From the NCBI GenBank assembly GCA_030390025.1, contig CM059425.1, positions 163,186,001-163,250,000 on the forward strand: DNA of 64,000 bases, given 5' to 3'. The position numbers and the translations under genes were made by a program. The notes beneath the pieces were generated by a model. That model searched no databases. It was not told the DNA's origin and worked only from the letters and a program-made list of their open reading frames with translations. Positions 24,013-36,733 of the stretch are shown here, one piece after another (positions within the stretch are counted from its first letter, which is position 1; every line of letters starts with the position of its first letter). The DNA comes from Squalus acanthias (lineage: Eukaryota).

Positions 24013-26365
24013 GGGCTCGATTTTAATAACGGATGCGGGTCGAGGGCGGGCCCACTGCTTGGCAGCTTTCGGATCCGCACCCGGCTGCCACCGCCCAGCA
24101 CTTCAGATTTTGGCTTCATTGGCCTCGTTACGGCCGATGTGCGGGTCCCTCCAGGCAATTGCTTCTCGCGTCTGATGACGTGTTGTTTGTTTGAAAATTT
24201 AAAGGGGCCATGTCCCCTTTGCATACAAATGTCATTGGGATGGCTTGGTGCTTTATTATCTTGAAAGGGGAGTTGACGGCGTCTGTTCTGAACAAAATTT
24301 AATGAATGATATTGCAAGGATTCCGCGCGCACCTACCTACCGCGCCTGCCGTTGACCTCTGGGCCCATGGGGACTTCAGCTCCTGGGCCTCCTGCAGCTG
24401 CCAGCGCGCAGTGCTTGTGTATCCCAGGGCGAAGTTAGTGCGATGCGTCCCCTAGGATCACGTGGGCCATGGAGAGCCAATGGCAGCAGACCATCTTTCA
24501 TTCATAGATTTGACAGGACCTGTCAAATCTATGAATTGAAATCGGCCCCAAAACAACACCTAAACTTCAAATAATTTAAAAAAAAACCATCACATTTTTA
24601 AAATCACTCAGTTAAATAAATTAACTACTTTAAACAAAAATTTAAATTTTTGAAAAAATTAAAATACTTTTTAACAGTGCTAAAAATAAACTTACCTTTC
24701 TTTAAAGTATCTAAAAAAGATAAACCTGTTGAAAAACATTTTAAATTGTAATTAATTAACCACTTACCTTAAAAACGGGTCCTGCGCCTCCTTTTTAAAA
24801 GCGCAGCTTCTTCCATACTTACCTTCCCGGAAAAACCTGGAAAAAAGCCTACGTTCGCTGCGTGCACGCAGCCTCTCCCGCGCACGCGGTTCACCTCTCA
24901 ACCCCTCCCTTCACGAGACCGGAAGTTCCAGTTTCCCGCGCATGCGCAGTGCATGCAGAAAACCGGCACTTCAGGAGGCCTTACGGGTGAGTACACAGCG
25001 TGTACTCACCCGGCAAGTGCCGAATTTTTGGCCCATTATTCCAGAAAGAGATTCATGATTTTTTGATATATGACTTTATTATCTGACTATGAAATGAAAA
25101 AGATGCATTCCAATCATTTGCTTAGAAATATTAATGCTTTTTTCTCTTAAAGGTGCTGGGAGCTGCAGGAATGGCAGCCCCAAAAACTAAGGCTGCACCC
25201 AGGTTCAATGAGGGCTCTCTCCATGCTCTTGTTGAGGGAGTTAGAGGAAGTCAGGGAGTTAGAGGAAGTCAGGAAGGAGGAGGCCTCCTCAGCAAACCAA
25301 GGCAGCTTGGCTGCAAATTGCTGAGGCGGTGAGCTCGAGATCTGTGTGCAGACGCACATGGGTTTAGTGTCGAAAAAGGTTTAACGATCTGCTGAGATCA
25401 CCTAACGGGTGGCCTCTGTGTTCAGGGAAATGGAAGTTCAAGAGTGAGGGCTCAGGATGATTTCCATGTAGAATGATGGTGATGACACTGAACGCAAACC
25501 ACCGTTTATTGGACAGATGATGCCTGGGGTTTGAGACTGTCGGATTTATATTCATCTCCATGTGCCAGCCACCTGTGGTTGAAGCGTTGGCATACGCGAA
25601 TCTGGCATGGATGAGTGCATCCCTTGCCTGATGGCCATCAATGTGGTCGCCTGCTGCTGGATTGGCCACATTGGGCCCCGCATGGCATCACTCCCCGTCC
25701 TCCTACTCATCCTCCTCCTCGTCCTCTTCCTCTTCCTCCAAGGAGGCTGTGTGCTGAGCCACTTGTTAATCCGGCAGCACTAAGCCGCGCTGTTCTTCCT
25801 CCGAATCTGACAACCAGGATGAGAGGATGTAAATGGTTCCTGTCTCGTTGTTATAGATTTCAGTTGAGGCAAGAAGCTTGCAGTTGCACGCTCAAAGTGG
25901 CCTGAAATTATTCTAATCAGTTCAAACAGCAGATGTGTGTCAGCTTGACCAGTCACAAGGTCAGTAGATTTGCAAAATCTTATCCCAAACCTCCAACAAC
26001 AAAGTTGTTGCATTTGAATGCCAGCCATGTTACAAGAGCGCTTTTAAAGTTCTGCACCAATAATGACTACATATCATGTCCTCCACCAACTTGTCTCCTT
26101 GCAGCTGGACTGTTTCTGACAAGATGGGAAACAGGAGCCAGAGGCACGAAAATGGGAAACCTCTATCAAAATAGAATTATCAAGGCAGTTAACAGGCTCT
26201 TAACTACCTGTCCCAGCAGTTGGAGTCGGGTCAGTTTGGGAGCGGCTGACCCGACACTCAAGAAAATTGCATGGGGGCGGGTTGGGTGTCTGAAACCATT
26301 TTTTCCGATTTTTGCAGCTGGCCCGCCTCCAAACTCTTCTCCTCAGGGCTATTAAAATCGAGCCC
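24013..26365. mobile_element. Non-autonomous Harbinger deletion derivative
   Basis: Perfect 16-bp TIR GGGCTCGATTTTAATA; Myb remnant on + at about 25171 (MAAPKTKAAPRF...CRKRFNDLLRS); transposase C-terminal remnant on - (ARDALIHARF). Confidence 0.8.
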
Positions 26366-26671
26366 CTTGTGTCTTCCTCACAGCTTTCTTTCCCACCTAG
26401 CTTTGTATCATCAGCAAATTTGGATACATTGCACTCGGTCCCTTCATCTAAGTCATTAATATAGATTGTAAATAGCTGAAGCCCCTGTGGCACCCCAGTA
26501 ACAGCCTGCCGACCTGAAAATGACCCGTTTATTCCTACTCTCTGTTTTCTGTCCTTTAACTAATCCCCTATCCATGCTAATAGCTTGCCTCCAACCCCAT
26601 GAGCACTTATCTTGTGTAACAACCTTTCGTGTGGTACCTTATCAAATGCTTTTTAAAAATCCAAATATACT

Positions 26672-27502
26672 GGGCTGGATTTTGCCAATGGGGAACTTTT
26701 GGAGGCGGGACTCCCACTTGTCGGGTTTTAGTCCTGCCTCCATCGACTTCTGGCCAACCCACGCTATTTTCCCTTGATTGACCTTGTTAAGCCCGCCCAG
26801 CGGGTTTCGCAGGCCAATTAACGGAAAGCCGGTGACAGAGAACGTCAGCGTATGACGTTTCATCTGTCAAGAATTTTTGACAGATGAATTGTCATCGATT
26901 GACAGCTCTGTGAAGTTGTCAAACACTGACATTCTCTGTTGTTTGATGAGTCCTTGTATTCAAGACTCTTCAAGACTCATCAAACCTATCTGCTGAGCAG
27001 AAATCAGATGGCTGTTGCATTGGAGAATGCAGCAGCCATATGTCATCTCTGCCGGTGAGATACAGGAGTCTCCGGCTCCCTAACTGTTGAAGCCTGCAGG
27101 AAGAAACAAAGGTAAGTAAACATTTTCTGTCACTTTACACTCACCTCACATACTTACCTCTCCACACTTGCACTCATCACTCACCTCTACAGCGCACTTT
27201 TGGACCCCTCCGACCCCCGCAGACCCACTGCTCGCCTCGCTGACCCTGGCGGGGTTTCCCGACATCGGGAAGCCCACACTTGCAGGGGTAAAATGGGGAT
27301 AATCCTCTTAACTGCCTGTTAACAGGCAGTTAAGTGGCTGTAATCCCCTTCCCGCCTCGGGGAGGCGGCTCCCAGCGCGGGTCGGGTACCCGCCTCCTGG
27401 GAAGATGGCACGGAGGCGGGTTGGGGCGGGATGGGCACTCGCCCCCAGATTCTGCCATTTTCCCGGCAGACCCGCCTCCCCAGGGCTGGCAAAATTCCCC
27501 CC
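26672..27502. mobile_element. Harbinger-type MITE
   Basis: TIRs GGGCTGGATTTTGCCA / TGGCAAAATTCCCCCC; interrupts CR1; related copy at 55313. Confidence 0.75.
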
Positions 27503-30430
27503 TCTATATCCACTGGTTCCCCTTTATCTACCCTGCTAATTACAAGTTAGAACATTGTAAGTGCAAGGAGGAAGGGCAATAGGCTTGGCTCTGGGTAACG
27601 AACTGGAACAAGTAAGTGACGTAAATATAGAAGATTTAGGGGTCAGTGTTTACAATCAAAATTGAATTTAAAAATTGACTCAAAAGCAATGATTTTGATT
27701 TTTTTTTTAAAAAAGCAAATGTTCAAGATGTGTACTATAATTGTATGCAAAAAATGGCAGATAGAACAGCAGTGGAAATATTTACGTACAAGATTGGTAG
27801 GGTACCATATTAAATCATTTCCACCAGGGGTAGAGGGATTGCGCAAAGGCCAGTGCACTATGGATGAAAAAGGAGATTCGTTCAAAAATAAAGGCTAAGG
27901 AGGCATATAATAAAATTAAGGCTGCTACAATAGTTGCATTTACATAATATGGTGGTTAATACAGAAGAAAACCAGAAGTACCAAAAGCATTGAAGAGAAG
28001 AAAAAGAGAAGAATTAGAGGGTCTGAGAGAGTATGGAAAAAAGACTGGCAATTAACAGAAAGGGTAATAGCAATGACTTTCATAAACACATCAAAACCAA
28101 GAGGAGCATCAAAAAATGAGTGGAGCCACTAAGGGGCAATTAATCATATAGTAGAGAAGGTAAGAATGCCATGAGTACTTAAGTATGTTGCTTCTGTGTT
28201 TGCAAAGGAGGTGAAGAAAAAATTGCAGGAGTGCCAAAGGAGGACATGGAGCAACAACTAATAGATATCTATAATGCATTACAAATATTGGGCGTGAAAT
28301 TGGGCTCGGTAGCGCCTGTTTGGGTGTCGTTCGGGGACAAAAATGCTGTCCTATGCGCGTCCGCACACTTCTGCCATGAATCGCGCCGGATGCCCTCTTA
28401 GTGAGGGCGTTGGCGTGAGCACAGCTAACGTTCACCAGAAGTATGCAGAGCAGGCAGATCATAACGTCAATCAGCGTGCAACACTAATTTGACGCCAGCG
28501 GTGCCATTTCGGAGCTCAATGCTCTGGCCGATGCCCTCTCTTAACCTCACACAAATTAACACGTGTTAAGCAGCAGGAAGGACCACCCACCATTGCTATT
28601 TAAAGGGATCATCACCTACTTACAGGTTAAAAGCTGGTTGATTTCTTCTGGCTGTTACTATGATTCTACAAGTGTTTGGTGCATTCCATAATTCTTTCAA
28701 GTTGCAAATGTCTACAGGGAGTGGTGTGGCAGGTGCTGAAGGACAATTTGCTGACTTCAAGGCTTCTGCACAAACCAGTTGCTCCCAGACATGGGTGCAC
28801 TAGTAGGCATTCTTCTTGGAGTACAGCATGAATGGGAGAATGAGCAGAGGCCACGCAGAGCAGAACAAGCTGCAGAAGAGGGAGGAGGGGGGAGAAGGGC
28901 TCTCAGCAGGAGGCCATATCTGCCCAGGGTGTTCAGGGAGCAATTCTCCCACCTGAACCTCAGCGAGGAACATGTGTGAGACGTCTGTGCTTCAATTAGG
29001 ATGTCCTCACTGAAATCTGCCACCTGCTGCAGCCACAACTGCAACCTCAGAGCAGAGCAAAGGCCGCATTGCCAGTGGCTGTGAAGGTGACCATGGCGAT
29101 GAACTTTTATGCGTCTGGCTCCTTCGGAGCTGGGGATATTTGCAACATCTCGCAGTTTGCTGTCCATTGTTGTGCAAGAGAGGTCACTGAGGCTCTCTAT
29201 TCAAAGAGAGCTAACTACATTTCATTCTCTCTTGCCAGAAAGCAGCAGACAGAGCAAGCACGCGGCTTCGCTAGGATTGCAGGGTGCCATTGATTGCACG
29301 CACATCACTTTGCGGGCACCGTATGCCAACTCTGCCATATACCGGAAATGAAAGGGACTCCACTCCCTTGACACCAGCTGGTGTGCGACCATAGGCAGCG
29401 AATCACTCAGGTCAATGCCCGGTACCCTGGCAGCAGTTACGATGCCTTCATTTTGCGGCAGTCCGCTGTATCAACTGCATTGAGCCACCAGGACAAACCA
29501 AAGGCTGGCTACTGGACGACCAGGGCTATCCACTAACGACATGGCTCATGACTCCGGTGTGCAACCCGCGCACACATGCACAGCATGCATACAATGAAAG
29601 CCATGCTGCCACATGAAATGTGATAGAGCAGAGTATTGGCGTGCTGAAACAATGCTTCCACTGCCCGGACCAATGCTCTGCTGCATGGACCACTCTGAGG
29701 ATCCCTGCAGTACTCGGCAGAGCAGGTGTCAAGATTCGTGGTGGTCTGCTGCACGCTGCTCAATCTCGCCATTATGAGGGGACAGCCCTTGCCACCAGCT
29801 ATATGGCGAGCGGCGAAGGTGGAAGGGTGGAGGCATCCTAGACAGCCCCTTTCTGCCCGGGCTGTCTGTGAAGAACTAATTAGAGTGCGATACCAGTAAC
29901 CGCAACCCCAATTCCCCATTCACCAACAGTCCCCTTAGCTTCCCTCTGTCACTGATCATCACTGCGTCCGCTTGGCCACAATGCTGAACTGAAAGCCACC
30001 ATAAAATAAACATTCCAAACATAATTTATAAATGAAATCATGCCATATTGCAAACAAACTTAAACAAATCATCCTTGTGTGTTCCCTTAGTGCCTGTCTT
30101 GTGTGTGCCTTTGCCTGTCCTAGTGCTCCTATGCAGTGCTATCCCAGAGCCTGCAGCATGGCTGGTGGAAGGCTGCTGACTTTCAGTGGAGGAGACTGCA
30201 GATGGCCTTTGGAGGATGACCTCGAGCAGCTCTGGGCCTAGAAGGGCCGGCTGTAGACTGCATCATCTTAACATGGGTGGCAGCCGTCTGGAATGGTTGA
30301 CTGACAGGCAAGGGCACTGGCAGAGTGGCAGGGGTGGGAGGACGAATGCTGCCATCCTAAGAGAGGACAGCAGGTTCGTGCTCCATGGGGCCACTGCCAC
30401 TCCCAGAGCGACGCTTCAGCAATCCTAGTA

Positions 30431-30855
30431 CAGGAAACTTTTGTTTATCCGGCATCGATGGGACCGGCGTGGTGCCGGTTTATCGAAAGTACTGGATAAC
30501 GGAGAGTTATATCGACCGAGGCTATTTTTAACAAAGAGACTCCAGGCAGCGCGGGAGAATCAACTCCTGCTACTGCAGTGTTTCGGACTTCCGACAGCGC
30601 CAGGAGGCCGAGTAGTGGCACTTTTGAAAAGTACCCCTACTGACTAAATCGGCGTTCGCGGACTCGGACTCGGACTCGGGATCGGCAACATTGCCGGTTA
30701 TTTGAGAGGAGTTTTCGGAGCACTCGCCGTTCGTGGAGACTCGACTGCGACTCGGCAACATTGCCGGTTATTTGAGAGGAGTTTTCGGAGGATGATTTTT
30801 GCCGGTTATGCGAGAATTCCGGATATTTGGGTGCCGGATAAACGAAAGTTTCCTG
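30431..30855. mobile_element. Tc1/mariner (pogo/Tigger-like) MITE
   Basis: TIR CAGGAAACTTT(T/C)GTTTATCCGGCA, TA TSD; empty site visible in Harbinger copy 1 at about 5295. Confidence 0.9.
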
Positions 30856-31432
30856 TAATCTGTTGGAGGACAGAATGCTGGACTGCTGTGACACCTTGTA
30901 AGCCCCTTTTGAGCACTGTAATCCACAGCCATGAAGGTAGCAGTCTGAACTTGCATGACACCAGTCTGAGCTTCCACTGCAGCACTCAGATGTTGGGTGG
31001 CTGCTGCTTGTGCTGCAATGGAAGTTGCGACATCAGCCATCGGACGTTACATCATGGTTGGGTCCACAAGTGTGCGAACAGAGTTGGCCACCGCTTCCAT
31101 GCTAAAAGGATGGGCTCCAAGTTCTGCGCAAAGCCCTGTGCCAAGTTGGTGCTGGACTCCTCTATGCACCTTGACCTTGAGCGCAGGCTTTCTGGCAGGC
31201 TTCCCAATGCACCAAGAATTTTGTTGTGCATACCCATCAGCCTTCTTCTGTAGGCTGCCTCATCAAAGTTCTCATCTGAGTCCTCTGCAGTGGAAACCAT
31301 GTGCGTGCTCGCCTTCTGGCGAGCTGGCACCTGTGCTATCCTAGCCCTGGCTGCAGCACACTCGTGGCTGGTGTCTCGCCACGTGCAGCTGCCACCTGTA
31401 ATCTATCCTTTAAGATATGCACAGTGTCAGTA

Positions 31433-31750
31433 CAGGAAACGCTCGTTTAAACGGCACCTAAATATCCGGAATTCTCTATTAACCGGCAAAATTCATACTC
31501 CGAAAACAACTCCTCAATAACCGGCAATGTTGCCAAGTCCGAGTCTCCTGCGAGCGCCGAGTTAGTCAGTGGGGGTAGTTCTCCAAAGTGCCACTACTCG
31601 GCTTCCTGGCGCTGTCGGAAGTCCGAACACCGCAATAACAGGAGTCTGATTCTCCCGCGCTGCCGGTCGTCTCTTCTGATCCGCCATTTTACTGTGTGTC
31701 TCCCGCGCTGCTGGCAGTCTCTTCCGATCCACCATTTTTCTGTGTGTCTC
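31433..31750. mobile_element. pogo/Tigger-like MITE, one end missing
   Basis: TA + CAGGAAACGCTCGTTTAAACGG; body matches 51989-52290; second TIR absent. Confidence 0.8.
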
Positions 31751-33619
31751 GCCATCTTTATCGTGAATTATCTCCCCCATCTTGCATTATGGAATTCCCA
31801 GTGCTAAGTGTGTGAGGGTGAGGTGAAGCATATGAATGTTAGGTATGAGTCCTGATTGATAGTTTGTTGGTAGGTGGGTAATGGGGTGTGGTGAATTGAG
31901 CAGTGGCTGAGGCTATGGTGCAGTTGATAGGATATGGCATTTGAAGATGCATTCACTGACCTTGACCACTCGTGTGAGGTCATTGATTTCTTATGGTACT
32001 GCATCCAGGTCCTCGGAGCTTGACTCCTGGCATTGACCTCCACGGCTATCTGCCCCACTGCCTTTTGACCGTGTATCTGGAGGGCCTCCTGCCCCTGCCC
32101 CTGCCCCCGCCCCCCCCATGGATACAGGACATCTCTCCTCCACCAAGACCTCCAATGCAGCATTCGAAAACCTTGGAGGCCGCTCTCTCCCATGTTGTGC
32201 CATTCCTCACTGTTTTCCAGGACAGATTCACTTCCTGCACAACTCTCAGCACCTGCTCTAGCCACAATGCACCTCCCCTTTAAGAGGTGCAGGCTAACTT
32301 TAAGTGGTGCTGGGAAGTTACGATTTTGGGCCCCCTGGTGACGCTTGCAGCCAATGAATAGCGCTGCACACAAAAATCATTATAATGAGCAGGCAGCATG
32401 AAGTTGGCGCGCTGCCTGCATCTCAATCAACGGGCGCGGGTTAATCGCACATCGCGACCCCGTGCCCGTTTTTGGGGGCTATCCAATTTAGCCCTCATTA
32501 TGTCTGCACAAACTTCCTGTCCAGAAAATCTTTCTTCCTGTTGTCATGTTTGTGTCACACTTTTGTGTTCACCTTTACCATTATAAATTCCTACATCCTG
32601 ATAGTGAATCTGTACAAGATATTGGTTCAGCCACAGTTGGAGTACTTCTCTAGTTTTCTGCACCTACAGGTACAGGGAAAGATCAGAGAAATGGGAATAG
32701 AGTAGTTATTTCTGATGTGTAATTAGAGCTAACACTGACAAGTTGGGTTGAATGGCCTCTGGTGAAATTACTATAGCCTCAATTTTAAATCTGAGCGGGA
32801 ATCAGACAGGCAGAGATTGGAGAGCACGGCAAGCCCCCATAAAGTCGCCAGCATGAGGGGCATTTAAATTTAACTTGCGAGCCTCATTTTAATATTATTG
32901 ACTGGCTGCCCGCCTGATTATGTTGGGAAATGGGCAGCCCGCCCTTTTTATCGACAGTTTCTGGCAGACTTCCTGAGGCGAACTAGATGAATCTTGGTCT
33001 TTTTTCATCTAGCAATTCCTTTGTTCCCATACTGCTTTTCAAAGTTCAACCTCCATTCCAATAAAATCTGTCTGGGTAGCTGAGGTTCTACTGTAAATAT
33101 TACACATAGGATGTGCCCACAATACTGTAGTCTACTACCAGTATTATGTGCATATCTTCATAGTACAAAGAAAGGCTGGTACAACATCAATTTGGTATAT
33201 CTAAAGTTAAAGTGAGAATAGATACAGCTTGGTAATCATGGATGTTTTATTTGTAGATATTGAAAATGGCAAGTAACATTTTCCTTCCCTCTCATTTCCT
33301 CTCGCAACTCTTCTCCTGAATGTGATGGCACTTGGGGCATGGTTCCATGGGTAGCAATGGCCCTTTCTTGCTCAAGTGGCTAGAGAAGGAACCAGTGGAT
33401 GATTTTTTTTCCTTCCCTCACTCAAGGAGGCTTAGGCCAATTGAAGTAGCCTCATTGCACCTCCGCACAGTCCAGTAATCAAACCTGAGACCTTTCAGGT
33501 TTGTATGGCTGAGTGCCCCACTAATGTGGTGCATTTACTCACTGCTTCAGTACCACTGTAACCGGGATCTGGGTTGTCCAGATTCGGTCTGCTGTTTACT
33601 CCTTTTGTTTCCCCCTAAA

Positions 33620-35340
33620 GTGTAATCACATGGGGCACGATGAGAACGTGGAAGCATTATACCCCGGAGTGAGGAAGACATCTTCCAGCCATTCTCTACT
33701 GAGGAACAGGCGAGAACAGAGTTTTGTGAAAGCAGGAAAAGCTTGCGACTTTTGCAAGATTTTACCAGCAATTCTAGTACACTTCAAAAAGAGCATAAAA
33801 TGGCTGTCAATGTTCATGTCCCGTGTCATGTAAGAGAGTGTGGTGACTAAGATATGGCAGAAAGCTAGGGTAATAGCTATACCCAAACCAGGGAAGGATC
33901 ATTCCTTCCCAGCTAGCTACCATCCTATATCACTTTTGAGCTGTGCTTGCAAATGTCTGCAAAGTATCACGCCTACAGTGGAGCAGGCTGTGAAGGGTGA
34001 CCAGGTAGGCTTCAGACCAAACAGGAGCACTTGTGACCACATTCTTGCTCTTAGCACCTATATAGACAATTTAGAAAATTGTTTCCAACAGAAGTAGAAG
34101 ATAAGGGCCGTGTTTCTTGACTTGACAGCAGCATGTGATGCCATCTGGCACACTGGTCAAAGTGTCAAAGATGTTGCCTCAATGGGTTATCACGACTATG
34201 AAGATGATGTTTTGAGACCGACAATTCCAGGTAATGCTCGGCAATAAACTGAGCACATGGAGGATCTTGAAGAACGGATTCTTCCAGGAACCTGTTCTTG
34301 CTCCAACTCTTTTCAACATATTTACAAATTATCTTCCTCCAACAATCTCCAAGCCATTAAGGATGCAGATGACATCTTCCAAGCTTTAAGAGACAGAGAC
34401 TTCAAAAAGATTGAGGACAATTTGAATCAGGATATGGTAGCTATCAGTGACTATTCAAAAAGTGGAGATTTAAGCCCAGTGTGTCGAAGAAATGTTGCCA
34501 TGCTTCCATCTTAATCATGCCAACACTTCACAAGAACTCAACATATTCTTGGATCGAGATCGGCTGGCATATGTCCCAAAGCCAGTTTATCTTGGAGTAC
34601 ACTTACCTACAAGGACCACCTCACAAAGGTAGCTCAGCAGATCAAGAATGGCCTCCTAAACAAGCTTGCGGCTTAACTTGGGGACTAATGCGCAAACATT
34701 GAGTAGCTTGGTGTGAGCTGTCTGCTACTCAGTTGGAGAATATTGCACTCCCATGTGGTTAAACTTTTCCCATACAAAACTAGGTGATGTACAATTGAAT
34801 CCAACAATGAGAATACCAACAAAGCTGAATGGCTACCAGTCCTTTCAAATATATGGCCTCTTAACATAACACGTCATATTGCAGCAAAGAATTTCCTTGA
34901 GAAAATTGAGAAGATGCGTTAACTTCCACTTTTCAAAGATATATGGGAGGCATGGCATCTTGCCACTGACTCATCAGCAGAAGACCAATTTGGACTATGA
35001 TGCCAACCATTTTCTTGGAAGTTGCTGCTTCATTATATCAAGCAGAATTGGGACGAGTAGTTCTCTCTAAGAAATGACTTCATCATCACCCAGTCTGATA
35101 AAAGACTGCCTGGCTTCGAGCTGCCACAACATCTCTGGTGCAAGCTCAACCATTTTAGATGAGGGGTGACGAGATGTGTGACAAATGACCACACCCAGGG
35201 ACTTGGGAATAGTTCTCTGTGCCAGTGGTGCAGTTGAGGAGGCTGCACATCTACCTGAATGGCTGCTCATTTCATGCCGGTCCCACAGGAGGACTTTCCA
35301 GACTTCACAATACTGACCCCAAGTCTGCTGAATGTATGAT
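33620..35340 (+). mobile_element. Decayed non-LTR retrotransposon, Vingi/Ingi-like
   Basis: WQKARVIAIPKPGKD...YHPISLLS, QVGFRPNRSTCDHILALSTYI, FLDLTAA and C-terminal LPGFELPQHLWCKLNHFR. Clade assignment is from memory of motifs only. Confidence 0.6.
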
Positions 35341-35913
35341 ATCTGCCTAAGCTCCTTTTGACACTTAACTTTTTTGACTTCTAGTTTATCTCCCTACTTT
35401 ATAGTTTATATTTTGATTATTTTTCCCCAATCTTTATTGTACCACTTGTGTATTTGCAAATAATTTACTCTCTGCCATCAGGAGGGCTGATAAGTAACTT
35501 TAAAAGCAATTTATATTTATATGGAGGTTAGCAAGTTGGGGGATGAGCTTTTAGATTTTTGGTTTAGGAAATCAAGGATGGATCCTGATAACATGCTGGT
35601 GCTTAAGCCTCCTTCGATGAGCAGAAGAAACACATGCATTTTTCTGCTAGAGTGTTAGGGAATATGTTTGCACCTCCCAATAGACCAGTGAGGATTGTAC
35701 ACATATATAAACTTTAACAATCAAGGTGGTCAGAGAGTATATCCACCACTGGACCAACAGATGCATACCTGCCATTAAACAACAGGAAACGAATAGTGTT
35801 CCCATTTTAGTTTTTTCTTCTTCTACAAATTATAGGTTTAATTTTTAGCTCACCTTTCACTTGTCTGTTCCACCAACCTTTGCACTCATCCAGGTGTATT
35901 TGTCCCTACAGAA

Positions 35914-36154
35914 GCGATAGCAAAATACTGCGGATGCTGGAAATCCGACCTAACAACAGAAAACGCTGGAAAAACTCAGCAGGCCAGGCAGCATCCGTGG
36001 AGAGAGAAACAGAGTTAACATTTCAGGTCGAAATCTATTTCATTTCCTGCTTTTTTCCAGTTCTGACGAAAGGTCTTCGACCTGAAACGTTAACTCTGTT
36101 TCTCTCTCCACGGATGCTGCCTGGCCTGCTGAGTTTTTCCAGCGTTTTCTGTTA
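35914..36154. mobile_element. PLE family B inverted pLTR pair
   Basis: Left arm (to about 36030) is the reverse complement of the right arm; 13-bp TSD TGTCCCTACAGAA (35901-13, 36155-67). Confidence 0.85.
36059..36095 (+). ncRNA. Minimal type-I hammerhead ribozyme (family B)
   Basis: AGUU-CUGACGA-A-AGGUC(UUC)GACCU-GAAA-CGUU-AACU. Confidence 0.8.
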
Positions 36155-36450
36155 TGTCCCTACAGAATGTGTGATGAGGGAAATGAGGTAAGACTGGAAG
36201 TGAACAGGAAAACAACAGCAGCTCCCTGATTTATTTCTAAGTTATCAAGCCTTGGTTCAAGGCAAGCGGTGCTACTTTTTATTTTCATAGAAATTCTTAA
36301 TAATTCCCTGTACAGTTTATTTTTATGTATTTTATTACAATCAACCATTCTGTCTTATGAAAATAACTTGTTCATGCATAGTCAATAACAAAAGCACAGG
36401 AGTACCCATATATGTTCCATATGTCTAACACGATTTCTCATTGACTTCAG

Positions 36451-36733
36451 TAACCGTGTAGAAGCCTGGACCAGGGATGTCAAGTTCTTGCTCAGACAGG
36501 AAGGTAGACCGACAACAGTTCTGATTGGTAATGAATCGACTGTAAGAATCATGGACCGTGACTGGCAGAACATAGATAAAGCAACTGAATGGATACGATA
36601 CAAAGCAACCCAGCTGGGTCAACCATTTGTTCTGAGCTTGGGTCTGAATTTGCCTCATGCCTATCCAACCCCAAGTATGGGAGAAGCATGTGGAGGATCC
36701 ACATTTAAAACATCTCCCTACTGGCTTAAAAAG
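36451..36733 (+). CDS. ARSK: ARSK coding exon (equivalent to exon 4)
   Basis: cttcag|TAACCGT...AAAAAG|gtaca, 283 nt. NRVEAWTRDVKFLLRQEGRP...GLNLPHAYPTPSMGEACGGSTFKTSPYWLKK; overlaps ORF 36488..36772. Confidence 0.95.

Larger units (their letters stand above)
20002..27537 (-). mobile_element. CR1 LINE split into five pieces by nested insertions
   Basis: Collinear CR1 segments 20002-20414, 20934-21058, 23926-24012, 26366-26671 and 27503-27537. Confidence 0.8.
28290..32496. mobile_element. PIF/Harbinger DNA transposon, full length but decayed (copy 2)
   Basis: ATT TSD (28287-89, 32497-99); TIR cores GAAATTGG / CCAATTT; transposase on + at about 28791-29899 (AMNFYASGSFG...GAIDCTHI); Myb on - from 32193 (MGESG/MAQHGRERPPRFSNAALEVLV). 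Confidence 0.9.
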
